From Peribolospora baueri (taxonomy: Eukaryota), in assembly GCA_029717555.1 (NCBI GenBank), contig JAMDHS010000003.1:248001-312000 (forward strand): 64,000 bases of DNA, given 5' to 3'. The stretch's first letter is position 1; every line of letters starts with the position of its first letter. Position numbers and translations under genes: made by a program. A model generated the notes under the pieces. That model saw only the letters and a program-made list of their open reading frames with translations. It did not search any database and was not told the DNA's origin. Shown piece after piece: positions 47,192-59,133 of the stretch.

Positions 47192-50100
47192 TCAAAAGTC
47201 TTCGAACATGTGCCGGAAGGGGTCGGGCAAGGTAGCGTCTCGAACCGGGTCGAGGCCGGGCATAGAGTCGGCCGCTGCGGGGGGGTACTTGAAAAAGTTG
47301 GACGTGTCGCCTGGTCTGGTGTATCGGGGGATTATGGGCGCCTGGAGGGGAAGAAGAAGAGGGCGGGCGGGCGGGACGGTCAGTGGACGTGTCCCCGTCC
47401 CTTTTCCTTGCTCTTCCTATCCGTCTCGTATCGACCCCGGCTCACCCTGATGGCGCCCGTCTGCAGTGCGTCCCAGTCGACTCCACGGAACCAAGGGTGC
47501 GCTCTGCGAATGAAACGAGACGACGACGGGAGATGAGCGGAATCGACACGGCCGACGCAGCCCGCCTTCCCCTTCGCCCCGCCGGCCCAACACTCACTTG
47601 ACGTCCGCAGCGCCGCCCTTGAGGTTTCCGAGGCGCTTGGTACGATCGGCGGTCAAAAGCCTGCGAACAAGATCCTTGGCCGTCGGTTCGGCGACGTGAG
47701 CAGGGAAGTGTATTCGGCCGGCCAAGATCTTCTCATAGATGCCAAAGGCGTTGTTGTCGAAGAACGGTGGATAGCCGGCGAGGCATTCGAAGAGGAGTAC
47801 GCCGAGAGCCCACCAGTCTGCCGCCTTTCCGTGGCCTTTGGACTGGATGATCTCTGGCGCCAAGTACTCGGGCGTGCCTGCGATGGTGCGACATGGCATG
47901 TCATCAGAACGGTCGGAGTACGACGCGACATGGCAAGCGCCAAAGATGATACACACCACATAGCGTCCATGTGCGACCGTCGACGCGTTTGGCAAATCCG
48001 AAGCTGGAGCGGGGGATGGACGGGGTCACGTCACGTCACGAGGGGGAAGAAGAAAACGGCAAGGGCTCACTCGGTGATCTTGGTATACCCGTTGAAATCG
48101 AGCAACAAATTCTCCGGCTTCAGGTCGCGGTAGATGATGTTGCGCTGGTGAAGATACTCGATGGCGAGGACGATGGTGGAGATGTAGAACCGCGTCACGT
48201 CTGGCGTGAAGCGGCCGGCGCGTCGGAGGTGGGAGAAGATCTCGCCGCCCATGACGTATCTGCGGGAAGCCGGGGATCAGCAGATTGTCTTTTTACGGCG
48301 AAGCACCTCGTCGCATGTCATCGACGCATCGACGCACTCCATGAGCATATAGCAATTCCTCGAGTCCTGAAAGGTGCAAAAGCTGAACAAACGGGACGTC
48401 TGAGTACGAGAGCGGGGAGCGGGGAGCGGGGCGCGCTCGACTCGAGCACGGACGCGGCGGGCTTACAGATTGACGATGAACGGGTGATGGACGGTGCTGA
48501 GGATGGCCCGCTCCGAGTTGATATGTTCTACCTGTTTGAGTCTACATCGCGAATGACAAGGTCTAGTCGGGTGAGACGGATGCGGGTGGCGGCGCGGGAG
48601 AGAGGAGAGAAGGGGAGGCTAACTGACCTGACGACTTCGGTCTTCTCCAGCACCTTCATCGCAAAATACGCTTCTGGCTTGGAGGGGTGAACGGACTTGA
48701 GGCGGACGAGGAGGACGCGGCCGAACGTGCCGGTGCCTTGCGGGGCGACGAGGAGGAGGAAGATGACGGCGAGGACGAAGACGACGACGACGACGACGAC
48801 GACAACGACGGCGACCAAGAAGACGACGTCAGCGATGAGCCACCCAATACCACCACCACCATCGCACCGCACCGCACCAAGCAAAAACCAAGCGAGCGAC
48901 TCACCAAGAGTCTCCAAAAACTCAAAATCATGTAGTCCGTAGCGGGGATTTGCCTCGAACACGGGGCTCACTACTTTGACCGATGATTTATTATTCTGTT
49001 GTTCATGTGCGTGTGCGTGTCGGTATGCAGAGCGTGTGCCGATAGACGGATTCGAGGCAGCGTCGCCTTCGTTGATGACGGACAAGCCCAGTCCGACGCT
49101 GATCGCCGAGCTGTTGGCGACCGATTTGGCCGACTCGGACTCGGACGAGAGGGGTTGGGCGGGGGCGGTGGGGCCATCGAACCTGACCGTGACCGTCTTG
49201 GAGCCGGAGCCGGCGGGCGACAGCGGAGGGTGGGTCTTCCTGGGCTGAGAGTCGGAGTGGGGCGAGGAGGGGGCGGAGGAGTAAGATGCGGAAGAGAGGG
49301 ACGTGGCGAAGGCGTTGTTGGAGAGCTGCGACGAAGAGGCGGAGGCAGAAGAGAAACTGTGTCCGGTCGAGGAGAGCGAGGCGGAGGCGGCGCTGGGGCT
49401 CGAGTCGCGATAGTAGTGGTCGGCGAAGACGCTGGGGGGAAGGCGGGGCAATGGGGTTGGGCGAGAGACGAGGGAGGGTATATGGGCGGGCGGCGAGCGG
49501 GCATCGCCTGACGGCGGATACGAAGGCGGCGAGCGGGCTCGGTCCCAGGCGAGCTGGTGGCCGGTGCTCTTCTGTCTCTCGCCTCCGCCTCCGCCTCGCC
49601 GGAGTGAGGAGTTGATGCTGGCCGCGGGTGGAGCGGCCGGTTGGTAGAGGGCGAAGGCGTTGGGGATGGGCGCGGTGGTGGAGGGAGAGAGGGGCATGGA
49701 GGGGGTGCGAGGGGAAGGAGAAGAAGGAGAGGAAGCGGCCCTGTCCAAGTCGGGCGGGCGGTAAGGATGAGGGCGCTGGGCGTGGACGAGGCGGTGGGAA
49801 GGAGTGGGACTGCCGTGCTGGAGGGTGCTCATGGCGCCGGTAAGAGAAGAGACGGAGGGCATGGACGGGCGACTGTCGGCGATAGTGGTGGACGACGACG
49901 ACGTCGGGCGGTCGTAAGGGAAGCCGTGGCCGTCGTGGTGGCTGTCGAAATAGGTCGTCCCTGGCCCTCCACGGCCAACGGAGGAGGAGGAGGAGGTCCG
50001 GGTGTGGGTGTTGGTGTATCGGCCGTCGGCGGTCGGCGATCGTGACGTCGAAGGGCGTTGTTGCCCGCGCGGGCTGCCGGGAGGGCTGATGTACATGTCG

Positions 50101-50300
50101 GCGGCCGCGGGGGCGTGGTGGGAGGACTGGCGGTGGTGTGAGAAGGGGGGGTCAGGGAAGAGGGCCGGGCGATGATGATCGTCGTCGTCGTCGTCGTCAG
50201 CGGCGTCGACGTGGTGATGAGCGAGCAGTCGGGGCGTCTGATGTGCGGCCACTTCTCTAATGCGCTCCGAGCTGGACGACGTGCGTGGCCGCTTGACCAT
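47192..50300 (-). CDS. cAMP-dependent protein kinase catalytic subunit-like (AGC kinase) with long low-complexity N-terminus
   Basis: [71 protein letters not shown]. The start codon is uncertain (50300 or 50096). Confidence 0.92.
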
Positions 50301-51310
50301 CGTTGGGGAGAGGGGGATCGAGAGGGAGACGAAGGTGGGGCGGTGGTGGAGGAGGAGGGGGCGGCAAGGGACGGTCAAGGGAGTCGGTGGGAGTGCCTGA
50401 GCGACGGACGGGATTAGATGGGAGGGCGTGAGGGGAGGGAGCAGGCGGGGCAAGGGACGGGACGATCCATGGGAGGGAGAGAGAGATGGTGGTGGTGATG
50501 GTGGTGGTCGTCGTCGTTATTGCTGTTCTTGTTGCCGTTGTCGTCGTCGCTGTCGTCGCTGGGCGGTGATGAGGGGATGCAAGCTAGCTATGGCGGGGGA
50601 ACAATTGAATGAGCGCAAGTAAAAGTGCCGAGGAAATGAAATGAAATGAACGAATTGAATTGCCTGCAACTGACCGACGACGATCTGCACGACCACAACG
50701 ACCCGCATCGACTACGACCGTTAGTCTTATCGCCCCTTCACCATCCCCGCTAACACCACCTGCCCGTGCTGTACGCAGACACATACACACTCACACAACA
50801 CATACACAGAGAGAGAGAAAGAAAGAGAAAGCAATGTGGAATGGCATCCTCGCATCCCGTCTCGCCTCCACTCCCCCCAGGTACCTACCGTAGGCAGGGC
50901 GGGCCAGGAACGATGGAAGGAAAGCGGTGACTGACTACGTAGAGACAGAAACATTCATACACGCGTGCATCATCATCCGCCCCGCCCAGCCAAGCGACAT
51001 GCTCACCATCGCCCGCCCCTCCCTCCCTCCGTCGTCTTTCCTTCGGCTTCGTCTCATCAGCCTCGGTAAGCAAGCCTCTTTGCTCGACGCGACGCTCTCC
51101 ACGCCCACCACGTGGCGCGGACGCTTCGTGTAGTGTAGTGTAGTGTAGTGTATGTAGCGTTGGCTTGCGAGCCCGTCGTCCAGTGTCTCGCTTTCCGCCC
51201 GGCCTTACGTTATCTGATCTAGTACTTATGTCATGCTAATGTCCGCTGCCGGCCGACGACGCCCTTACTGCCTCCGTCGACATACGTACCACCTCCACGT
51301 CGCGACCGCC

Positions 51311-52442
51311 ATGTCCGTCCAAGCGACCGAACATCTTCTCCCAACCGACGAGCCGCCCAATCGGGTGGATCTGTTTGACCTGGACGACGACGACGACGAC
51401 GACGACGGCGTCGAGCTTGGAAAACGACCTTCGAATCCCAACCTCAGGTCAATATCCCGCCTCTTCAAGAGCAACAACATGTCCGGAAGCGCACTCATCG
51501 TCCAGGTCGGTCAGCCGCACCATCCGTCTATCCAACCTTGTATCCATCACACCCGAGCTGATTTCAGTCCTTCCGCGCTCTTTAGACCTCCCTCGCCCTC
51601 TTCGTCCTCTTTGTCTGGCTCACCGTCCTCACCAACCTGCCGCTGGGAAACTTCCCGCTGTTTGGCTACCATCCGCTACTCCAGACGCTTGCTCTCATCG
51701 CCCTCGTTCAGGGTGAGTCGCCCGCCGCCCGCCTTGGTTTTTCTTTCCCCTTGACCCATTTTCGCAAATCTCACGACCGTCGTCGAACAAGCAGCCGTCC
51801 TCGTCCTCCAGCCTACGGCCACTGCGGAACAAAAAGCCAACGGCCTCGTCGTGCACCAGCTCCTTAACCTCTTCGTCGCCCTCCCCTTGTTCACCGCCGG
51901 CGCGATCGTCAGTGCGTTGCCCGTCCCTCACCCTCCGTTCGAACACCGACCGTCCTCCTCTTCTCTGATGCATCTCTTCACTCCCCGCTAGTGTTCTTCC
52001 TCCATTCCAGGCCAGGCAAGGCCCACTTTGTTTCCTGGCACGGCACTCTCGGTACCATCGTCGTCGTGGTCGCTTGGATACAGGCTGCGTTTGGCGCCGC
52101 CAGTGTCTGGTTTGGCGGTGCGGTGGTGGGAGGAGAGTCGAAGGGCAAGGTTTTGTGGAAGTGGCATCGGTGAGCCGGCTTCGTTCTCGTCCGCCCTCCG
52201 CCCTCCGCGCCCGGACTCGGCTTTGACCCCCCGCTCGCCTGCACCCCAGGCTGTCCGGCTACTTGCTCCTCCCGCTCTTCCTGCTCACCACCTTCCTAGG
52301 CGCCACCCAATCAAACTGGATGATAAAACACTCGGCCCTCTTCGTTCGCGTCCTCATGACGCTCACCTTAGGCGTCGCCGTCGCCGTCAGCGCCTCGCGC
52401 GTTAGGTGGAGGAAGGTTGCTATGTTTTCCCGACTCGTTTGA
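51311..52442 (+). CDS. Cytochrome b561 family membrane protein, 5 exons
   Basis: Four heme-ligand His motifs (FGYHPLLQ, VVHQLLN, HFVSWHGTLG, WKWHRLSGY) set in hydrophobic helices. Confidence 0.88.
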
Positions 52443-52885
52443 AAATGGAATGGAATTCTCCGTCTCCGTCTCTTTTCGTTGTGTCGAAAGAAGGGTGGTG
52501 GTCTGGCCCTGCCTTGCTCCCCCATCGCTCCCTCGTATCTTAGTCCGCCGACTGCCATCGACTGCCATAGGAGGCTGTCCACGTGCATGTCTCGCTCCCC
52601 TGTTTGTCCGTGCCCGATCAACGGACGTGGCCCAAGTTGCATCACCACGCCCCTCCGACTAGGAGATCTGGATGTAGCGCGACTGCGGCAACTACTTTAC
52701 ACGGCGCGCATCTTGACGCGTTTCCGATGGACGTGTCGTGTCTATCGTATCGTTCTTGAAGCGTACGACTACGAACATACACACATACAGTCTCACCCGA
52801 GCCGAACGGACAACCTCTTCTAGCATCGATCGAGACGGTCGCACAGCACAGCACTGCACAGCACAGCATTGCAAGAAAAGGCGAG

Positions 52886-54051
52886 ATGAGCCTTTCACCC
52901 CCGCCCCGCGGGCCACTGTTCTTTGACGACGACGATGACGACAACGACCGCTGGGGTTGGGGTTCTTCCCGTGGGAGGGGGACGGGGAGCGTGTCGCCTC
53001 CGCCTCTGCGGGCATCGGAACGCGAAGACGAAGACGCCCGACGCCCTCACGACGCTGTCTTCTTCGATGACAACGACAACGACGACAACGACCGAGACGC
53101 CGCCGCCCGACGGCCCGCCAAGGCTTCGCGCCCTCCGCGACCCAAGATCGACGACGAGAGGTGCGTGCGTCGGGCCGGTCCGAAGAGAAGAGGGCGTTCT
53201 GATCGATCCAGACGCCGCCCCCTGTCCCCTATTGACTTGTCGCGCCTTGCTTTCCCTTGGACGAACGAACGACAGGCTGTTGGGCTCCAATGGCCTCGTC
53301 AAGCTCAAGCAAGATAGCAAAAAGCTCAGGTTCAAGGGCAAGGGGCACGAGGTGAATCCCCCGCTCTCCCCTTTACATCGTCCCGTCGTTTCCTTTCCTT
53401 CACCGTTTTATTTTTTTTTCTTTTGCAGGCGGAAGACCTGCGCAAGCTCATGGGCTTCTACCAGATGTGGGCACACCACATGTTCCCGCGCAGCAATTTC
53501 CGCGACGCGGTGGATAAGGTGCAGAGGGAGTGTCGACGGAAGCGGCTAAAGGTGAGTTCCAAGTCCGAACCGGACCGAGCCGGCGCCAGGCATTTGTCCG
53601 TCTCCCGCGCTCATCCTTTGTTTCTTCATCGCCGTCGCCGCCGCGCCTGCAGGCTTACCTTTCGGCGTGGCGTGAAGAGGCAACCGAGGCCGTCCCCTCT
53701 CCCGCCGACCTCGGTATGAAGCAGGATGAGCCGGCTCGCGTCGCCGCCGGCCACGGCGGGCCCGGGCCTCGCTCGACTCCGGCGGGACTTGGCGGCGGCG
53801 GCGGCGGTGAGGGGTATGACGCGATGGAGGCGCAAGGCGCGACACGTTCCCTGTCCCGTCCGCCTTCCGGGCTCGCCGTAGACAACGACAACGAAGACGA
53901 CGACATGATGCGAATCCACGATGCTCTCACCGACCCAGTCCCAGCCCCGGTCGCGGCGACAGAGGCGGAAGGAGGGCCGCAAGGAGGCGAGGAGGCCGAC
54001 TTTGACGAGGACGAGGAGGAGATGATGCGCGCGCACCACCTCCCCACCTAA
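52886..54051 (+). CDS. CSM3: Replication fork protection subunit Csm3/Swi3/TIPIN, 4 exons
   Basis: PKIDDERLLGSNGL..RFKGKGHE|AEDLRKLMGFYQMWAHHMFPRSNFRDAVDKV. Confidence 0.9.
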
Positions 54052-54123
54052 CCTAACCCTTCGCCTTTGTACGTGGCAAGCAAGGCAAAGGGCCACGAGC
54101 GGGCGTGTTGTACCCAAGATGAT

Positions 54124-54154
<31 letters not shown>

Positions 54155-54280
54155 CGGAACTGGTGTATTTCTAAACTTTACTTCCCGCGGCGTTGTCAGA
54201 GGAAGGAAGGGCGCACATTTAATTCTCGTCGGATCGATTCACCCTCCTCTATCCCGCCCGCCCCTGCTCAGTTCAAACGA

Positions 54281-56053
54281 TCATCGCGATGACGCGGCGG
54301 GCGCGCTGAGCGCCTTCTTCCTGCTGTCATCGAAAGAGCGAACGACGATGTCGCACTTGATAGAGTCGCACAGCTTCTTGCTCGCCGATTTCATCGCGGG
54401 AGGGAAGAAAGTGAGGCCGGCGGCCCTTTCGACCGTGTCGACTGCGACGGAGAGGGATGGGATGGGATGGGATGGGATGGCAAGACCCGCGGTGCGGTTC
54501 AAAGTTAGTGTTGTGGTCTCCGGCGACGATGCGAAACCGAACCGAGCCCCGCCCTTGGGACCCCTCTTCTCACCCGGCACTTCGAAGGAGCGCAGAGGCG
54601 CCTCGTTGGGAATGACGGCGTTGGGGAGCACAAAGGCGGCCATGCTCAGCTCGTTCCCTTCCAGACCCATCCGAGAGACCGCCTGGCTGGCAGAGCCGGT
54701 GGTGGTCGTCGGCACGAGCGAGGACACGGCGCCTTTGATCGACGTCTTGGCCGGCGGCCGAGCTGCGAGGATGACTTTGGCAAAGTGGGTGGGCACGGCC
54801 ACCGAGGGCGGGTTGCCGATCACCTCGTACGTCTGCGGGGGGTAGCGCAAAGGGAAAATATGTGGGGCGCGGTGAGCGGAGCAGAGCAGAGACACCGAGC
54901 AGGCCCTCGGAGAGGGAGACCGGTCCACTCACCACGCGCCACTTTCTGTCCGCGCTGGATTGGCGGGGCAGGTAGAGCGGTACGGTGAAGACGTACACGT
55001 CCGGGAAAGTCTTGGTCAGGTTACGAACAAAGTTTTCGAAGTGTGCCCAGTCTGGAGGAGAGACGAGGCGCAGGCGCCATGGTAAGTGTGGCTGATAGGT
55101 CAAATTGGGCACACAGGAATCTCACAGTCTCTGTTGAATCCCTCGCCGACCTGTGGAGCGATGTTGGTCAGGTAGAACGTCTCGTCCATGGCCGCCTGAG
55201 ATGCTTTGGCATCAGCTGCTGGGACCATGTGGCCGCGGTCGTAACCTACCATCGCCAGTTCAAAGCAAGGGCAGTCGGCTCTTTCAGCTCTGCCCGCTAT
55301 CACCAAACCCGCACAGCCTCAAACGCACCACTCCGGAAATAGTCTGCCAACCTGGCCCTGAACGTAGCAGGAATCTCGTTGTCCTCCTTGAAAGCGCTGT
55401 TCTGGCGATCGCCCCCGCCGGGCGTACCGCCAGGGGAGCCTGGAGGGGGAGGTGGGCGCGAGAGAGACTCGGGCGTGAGGTGTTCCGCGGTCTGCGACGG
55501 CACCAGAGAAGCACCGAAATGAAGCAAGCTGTCATCAGCGTTCTGACTTGACGCCTTTCGACAGCCCCGCCTTGTAAATGGGAATACCGGTCGGCAAAGC
55601 TCACCCATGCCGGATGGCGTAACCGTCTGTCATACGCCGAAGTGAAAGCGATCCGTCTCTGGACGTCGTTGATGGGCCCTACGGAGGCGCAAGGCAAGCG
55701 ACGCAGACGTTGAGCCGGTGCGCAAAGCCTCGTTCGTCGCACACGGTGCCGTCAGCTGCCCTCTCACCAGGGAATCCTGTCTTCGCGAGCCAGTCATCCG
55801 ATCTCGTCAACCCATTTCCAACAGTCTGAAACCCCTTGTCAACGAGAGTACCGGGTGTGCCAATGGACGTGAAAACGTCGGGCTGACCGGCGGGTTTGGC
55901 GGCGGGCTGATCGGCCGGGGGGTACTTCTGTGCGGGACGGAGGGGCGCTTCCTGTTGTTGCTGAGCGGTCTTCCTAGTGGCGAAGGCAGTCGCGCCTGCG
56001 CCTAGGACGAGACCGCCGGCGAAGAGACCGAGGTGGAGAGCGGTGGGAGACAT
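54281..56053 (-). CDS. NUC1: Mitochondrial endonuclease G, about 7 exons
   Basis: AYDRRLRHPAW|TAEHLT, FKEDNEIP, YDRGHMVPAAD, TFYLTNIAPQVGEGFNRD, VAVPTHFAKVIL, VERAAGL. Confidence 0.96.
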
Positions 56054-56946
56054 GTTGACGCCGGGTGGCCGCTGTCTCGTCTCGATTAAGACGTTGAAGG
56101 CGAGAAGAAGGATGCTTCGCGACAGACGGACTGCGCACGGAAAAAGAAGCATCCCGAGGGCCTGGGTCACTCTGGCTCTCCATCGCGACTCATCCGGGAA
56201 CGACGTCTACGGGAACAGATTTATTCGACAGACGAAAGAAACGGCCAGGTGGCGAGGATAAAATACATGCAAGCGCTTCAAGGCCTCAGAGGGTTGAAGT
56301 AATTGGTGTCGGCAGCCGGTCCCATCCCACGCAGGGGTTAGGGAGCCGTGCATACGTGCTTGACTCTTAGATTTAGAGCTCATCTTCGACTTTGGTGCGC
56401 TTGTGATGGGAAGCAGGAAAGAAAGGAAACAGAACGTAGTGGAGTAGAACGAGGGGGTGGACGTAGGGGAAGCTAGCTGGGACGATCCGACGTGACGAGG
56501 CGCCACGACGCAGAGCGACGCACGGAACGAAGAGGGATGGGGGAAACGCGCTGGAATTGCTGCAGGCGACAGAGTCAAAACGGAGGTATGAAGAAGGAAG
56601 GGGGTCAGTAGTAGTGGAGGGGAGAACGGCGGCGACGGTTTGCCAGAGGCGAGGGTGGATGACAAGAAGGAAAGGAAACGTCTCGTCTCGGGCGGTCAAG
56701 CGAATTTTTATTTGTCGGCTGCGGCGAGGTGCGCACGTGACGCGGCGTTGGGAATTCCAGCGTTGGGGCAAGGAAAAGGGACGACAGATGGAAGTCACTC
56801 GAGGTCAGCATCCATCATCACCTCCACCATCCATCCTCCTTCCTTCCCTCCTACTCCGTCTCCTCTCCTCTCTCATCCTCCTCTCTCTCCCCCGCCGTCG
56901 TCGCAGAGTCGTCGAAGCCTCCGCACATTTTCTTGCCTCCGCTGAA

Positions 56947-58893
56947 ATGGCCTCCTTCGCCCGCTCTCTCCTCAGGGCTGCCCCCCTCGCCCCTCGGCGT
57001 GCGGTTCCTTCGGTGAGCCCCATTTCTTCATGCACGGCCGTTCTCTCTTTAGTTTAGATTTAGGGCATCGGGTGGCCCGACAGGCTACGCTTTTTTCGCA
57101 GGGCTCTTGCTCGAATGGCCGAGGCCGAAAGTCTTGGCTCGAATGGCGGCTGAACCTGTCGTCTCGAATATTTATCAGACTCTCCCAGCCACCGTCCGCT
57201 CCGTCCACGCCACGGCCGACTCCTCGCGCGTCGCCGACCATGTCACCGTCCCCGAGTCTGGCTCCGAGCCTTTCACCGTTCAGCTCCACGAGAACGCCTT
57301 CAGGGCCTACCGCACGGACGTGCCCGATCTGCAGGTGGACGTGACCAAGGACGGTCTGGTGGGCTTGTACACGGACATGGTCAAGATGCGTAGGATGGAG
57401 ATGGCCGCCGACCAGCTTTACAAGGCCAAGATGATCCGCGGTTTCTGCCACCTTGCCATCGGTCAGGTAAGCCCATCTGTCTCTTTGCCGGCTGATCGAT
57501 GTCACGAGCGCCCGTCTTATCGCCGCCGATATCGCCGCCGGTACTCGCGATGCCTACCACTGTTCTCGCACTGCATTCTCGCCTTCTCAGGAAGCTGTTT
57601 CGGTTGGAATGTCCTCGGCGATGGACCAGCAAGACAAGCTCATCACCGCTTACCGTTGCCATCCGTTCGCCGTCCTCCGAGGTGGTACGATCAAGGGTGT
57701 CATCGCCGAGCTTCTTGGACGCGAGGACGGCATGTCCAAGGGCAAGGGTGGCTCAATGCACATCTTCACGCCCACCTTCTTTGGCGGTAACGGCATCGTT
57801 GGCGCCCAGGTTCCCGTCGGCGCTGGTATTGCCTTTGCTCAGCAGTACCTTGGCGTGCCTTACACCACGTTCGCCATGTACGGTGATGGTGCTTCTAACC
57901 AGGGGCAAGTGTTCGAGGCGTTCAACATGGCCAAGCTGTGGAACCTGCCTTGTGTCTTCATCTGTGAGAACAACAAGTATGGCATGGGCACCAGCGCTGA
58001 GAGGAGCTCCAGCAACACCGAGTACTTTACCCGTGGCGATCTCATCCCCGGTCTCCAGGTGCGTCCCGGCTTCAGATCAATTGCTACTCCACGCAGAAGG
58101 TGTCTTCTACGTTCCTCGGTCTATTGCCTAAACATTTTCCCGCATTTTCCTTGTCGGTATCGATCTAGGTGAATGGCATGGACGTTCTTGCTGTCCACAA
58201 GGCGACGCAATTCGCTCGCAAGTGGACCGCCGATGGCAATGGACCCCTTCTTATGGAGATGGTCACCTACCGATACGGGTGAGCGTCGCCTGCATCTACT
58301 CTTTCTGCGAGCGTGGGAGCCGTGTGAGGACTTTACATTGGGGATCGTGCTTGCTCATCTCCTTGTTCTAATTGCATCCTCATGCAGTGGTCACTCCATG
58401 TCCGACCCTGGCACCACCTACCGCACGAGGGAGGAAATTCAGCAGATGAGGAGCACGTCGGACCCTATCGCCGGTGCGTAGCACGCCATTCCCATTCGTG
58501 TCTGCAGCGCATGCCCCTGACATTGACCGTTTTACCTCCAATCGTCTGCGTACTCTCTTCTGCAGGTCTCAAGCAGAAGATCCTCGACTGGGGCGTTGTG
58601 GACGAGTCGGTGCTCAAGCAGGTCGACAAGGACGCAAAGGCCGAGGTTGACCACGCTGTGGAAGAGGCCAAGCAGTGCAAGGAGCCCGGTCTCCACGAAT
58701 TCTGGTGCGTGTCTGTCCTGCCCTGCTTCTCCTTGGCTTTTGGACCTGTCCTATGTCGCTTGTGTTCATCCTCTCTGCCGAGGCTCACGTATCTTCCCTT
58801 GTTTCGCACTGCAGGACGGACGTATACTACGCCGGCACGGAGCCCGACTTCCTGCGCGGTCGGGAGCGGGAGGAGATCCACCGCTACCGTTGA
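56947..58893 (+). CDS. PDA1: Pyruvate dehydrogenase E1 alpha subunit, 7 exons
   Basis: [65 protein letters not shown]. Confidence 0.98.
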
Positions 58894-59133
58894 TCTCTCA
58901 CCCTCTATCGTCCGTCTCCCCTCCTCGCTGCCGGCCTCACTCTCTCTAGCTTAGCTTTTTGTCGTCCTGATGTATGACCTTTTGCGAATCCTATCCGAGG
59001 CAACTGCCTCTCGTCCTACTGGTGTGGGGCGTTTCAGCGATGGCGGACCTGACCTTTCCATCCTTTACTTCACAGACGGTCTGAGGCCGCGAACCGAGGT
59101 TCATTTTAAACCTTCTACGTATGCATGCAGACT

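Noticed and set aside
51128..51152. U2 snRNA branch-recognition-like GTGTAGT
   Set aside because: It is a simple (GTGTA)n microsatellite with no U2 flanking structure.
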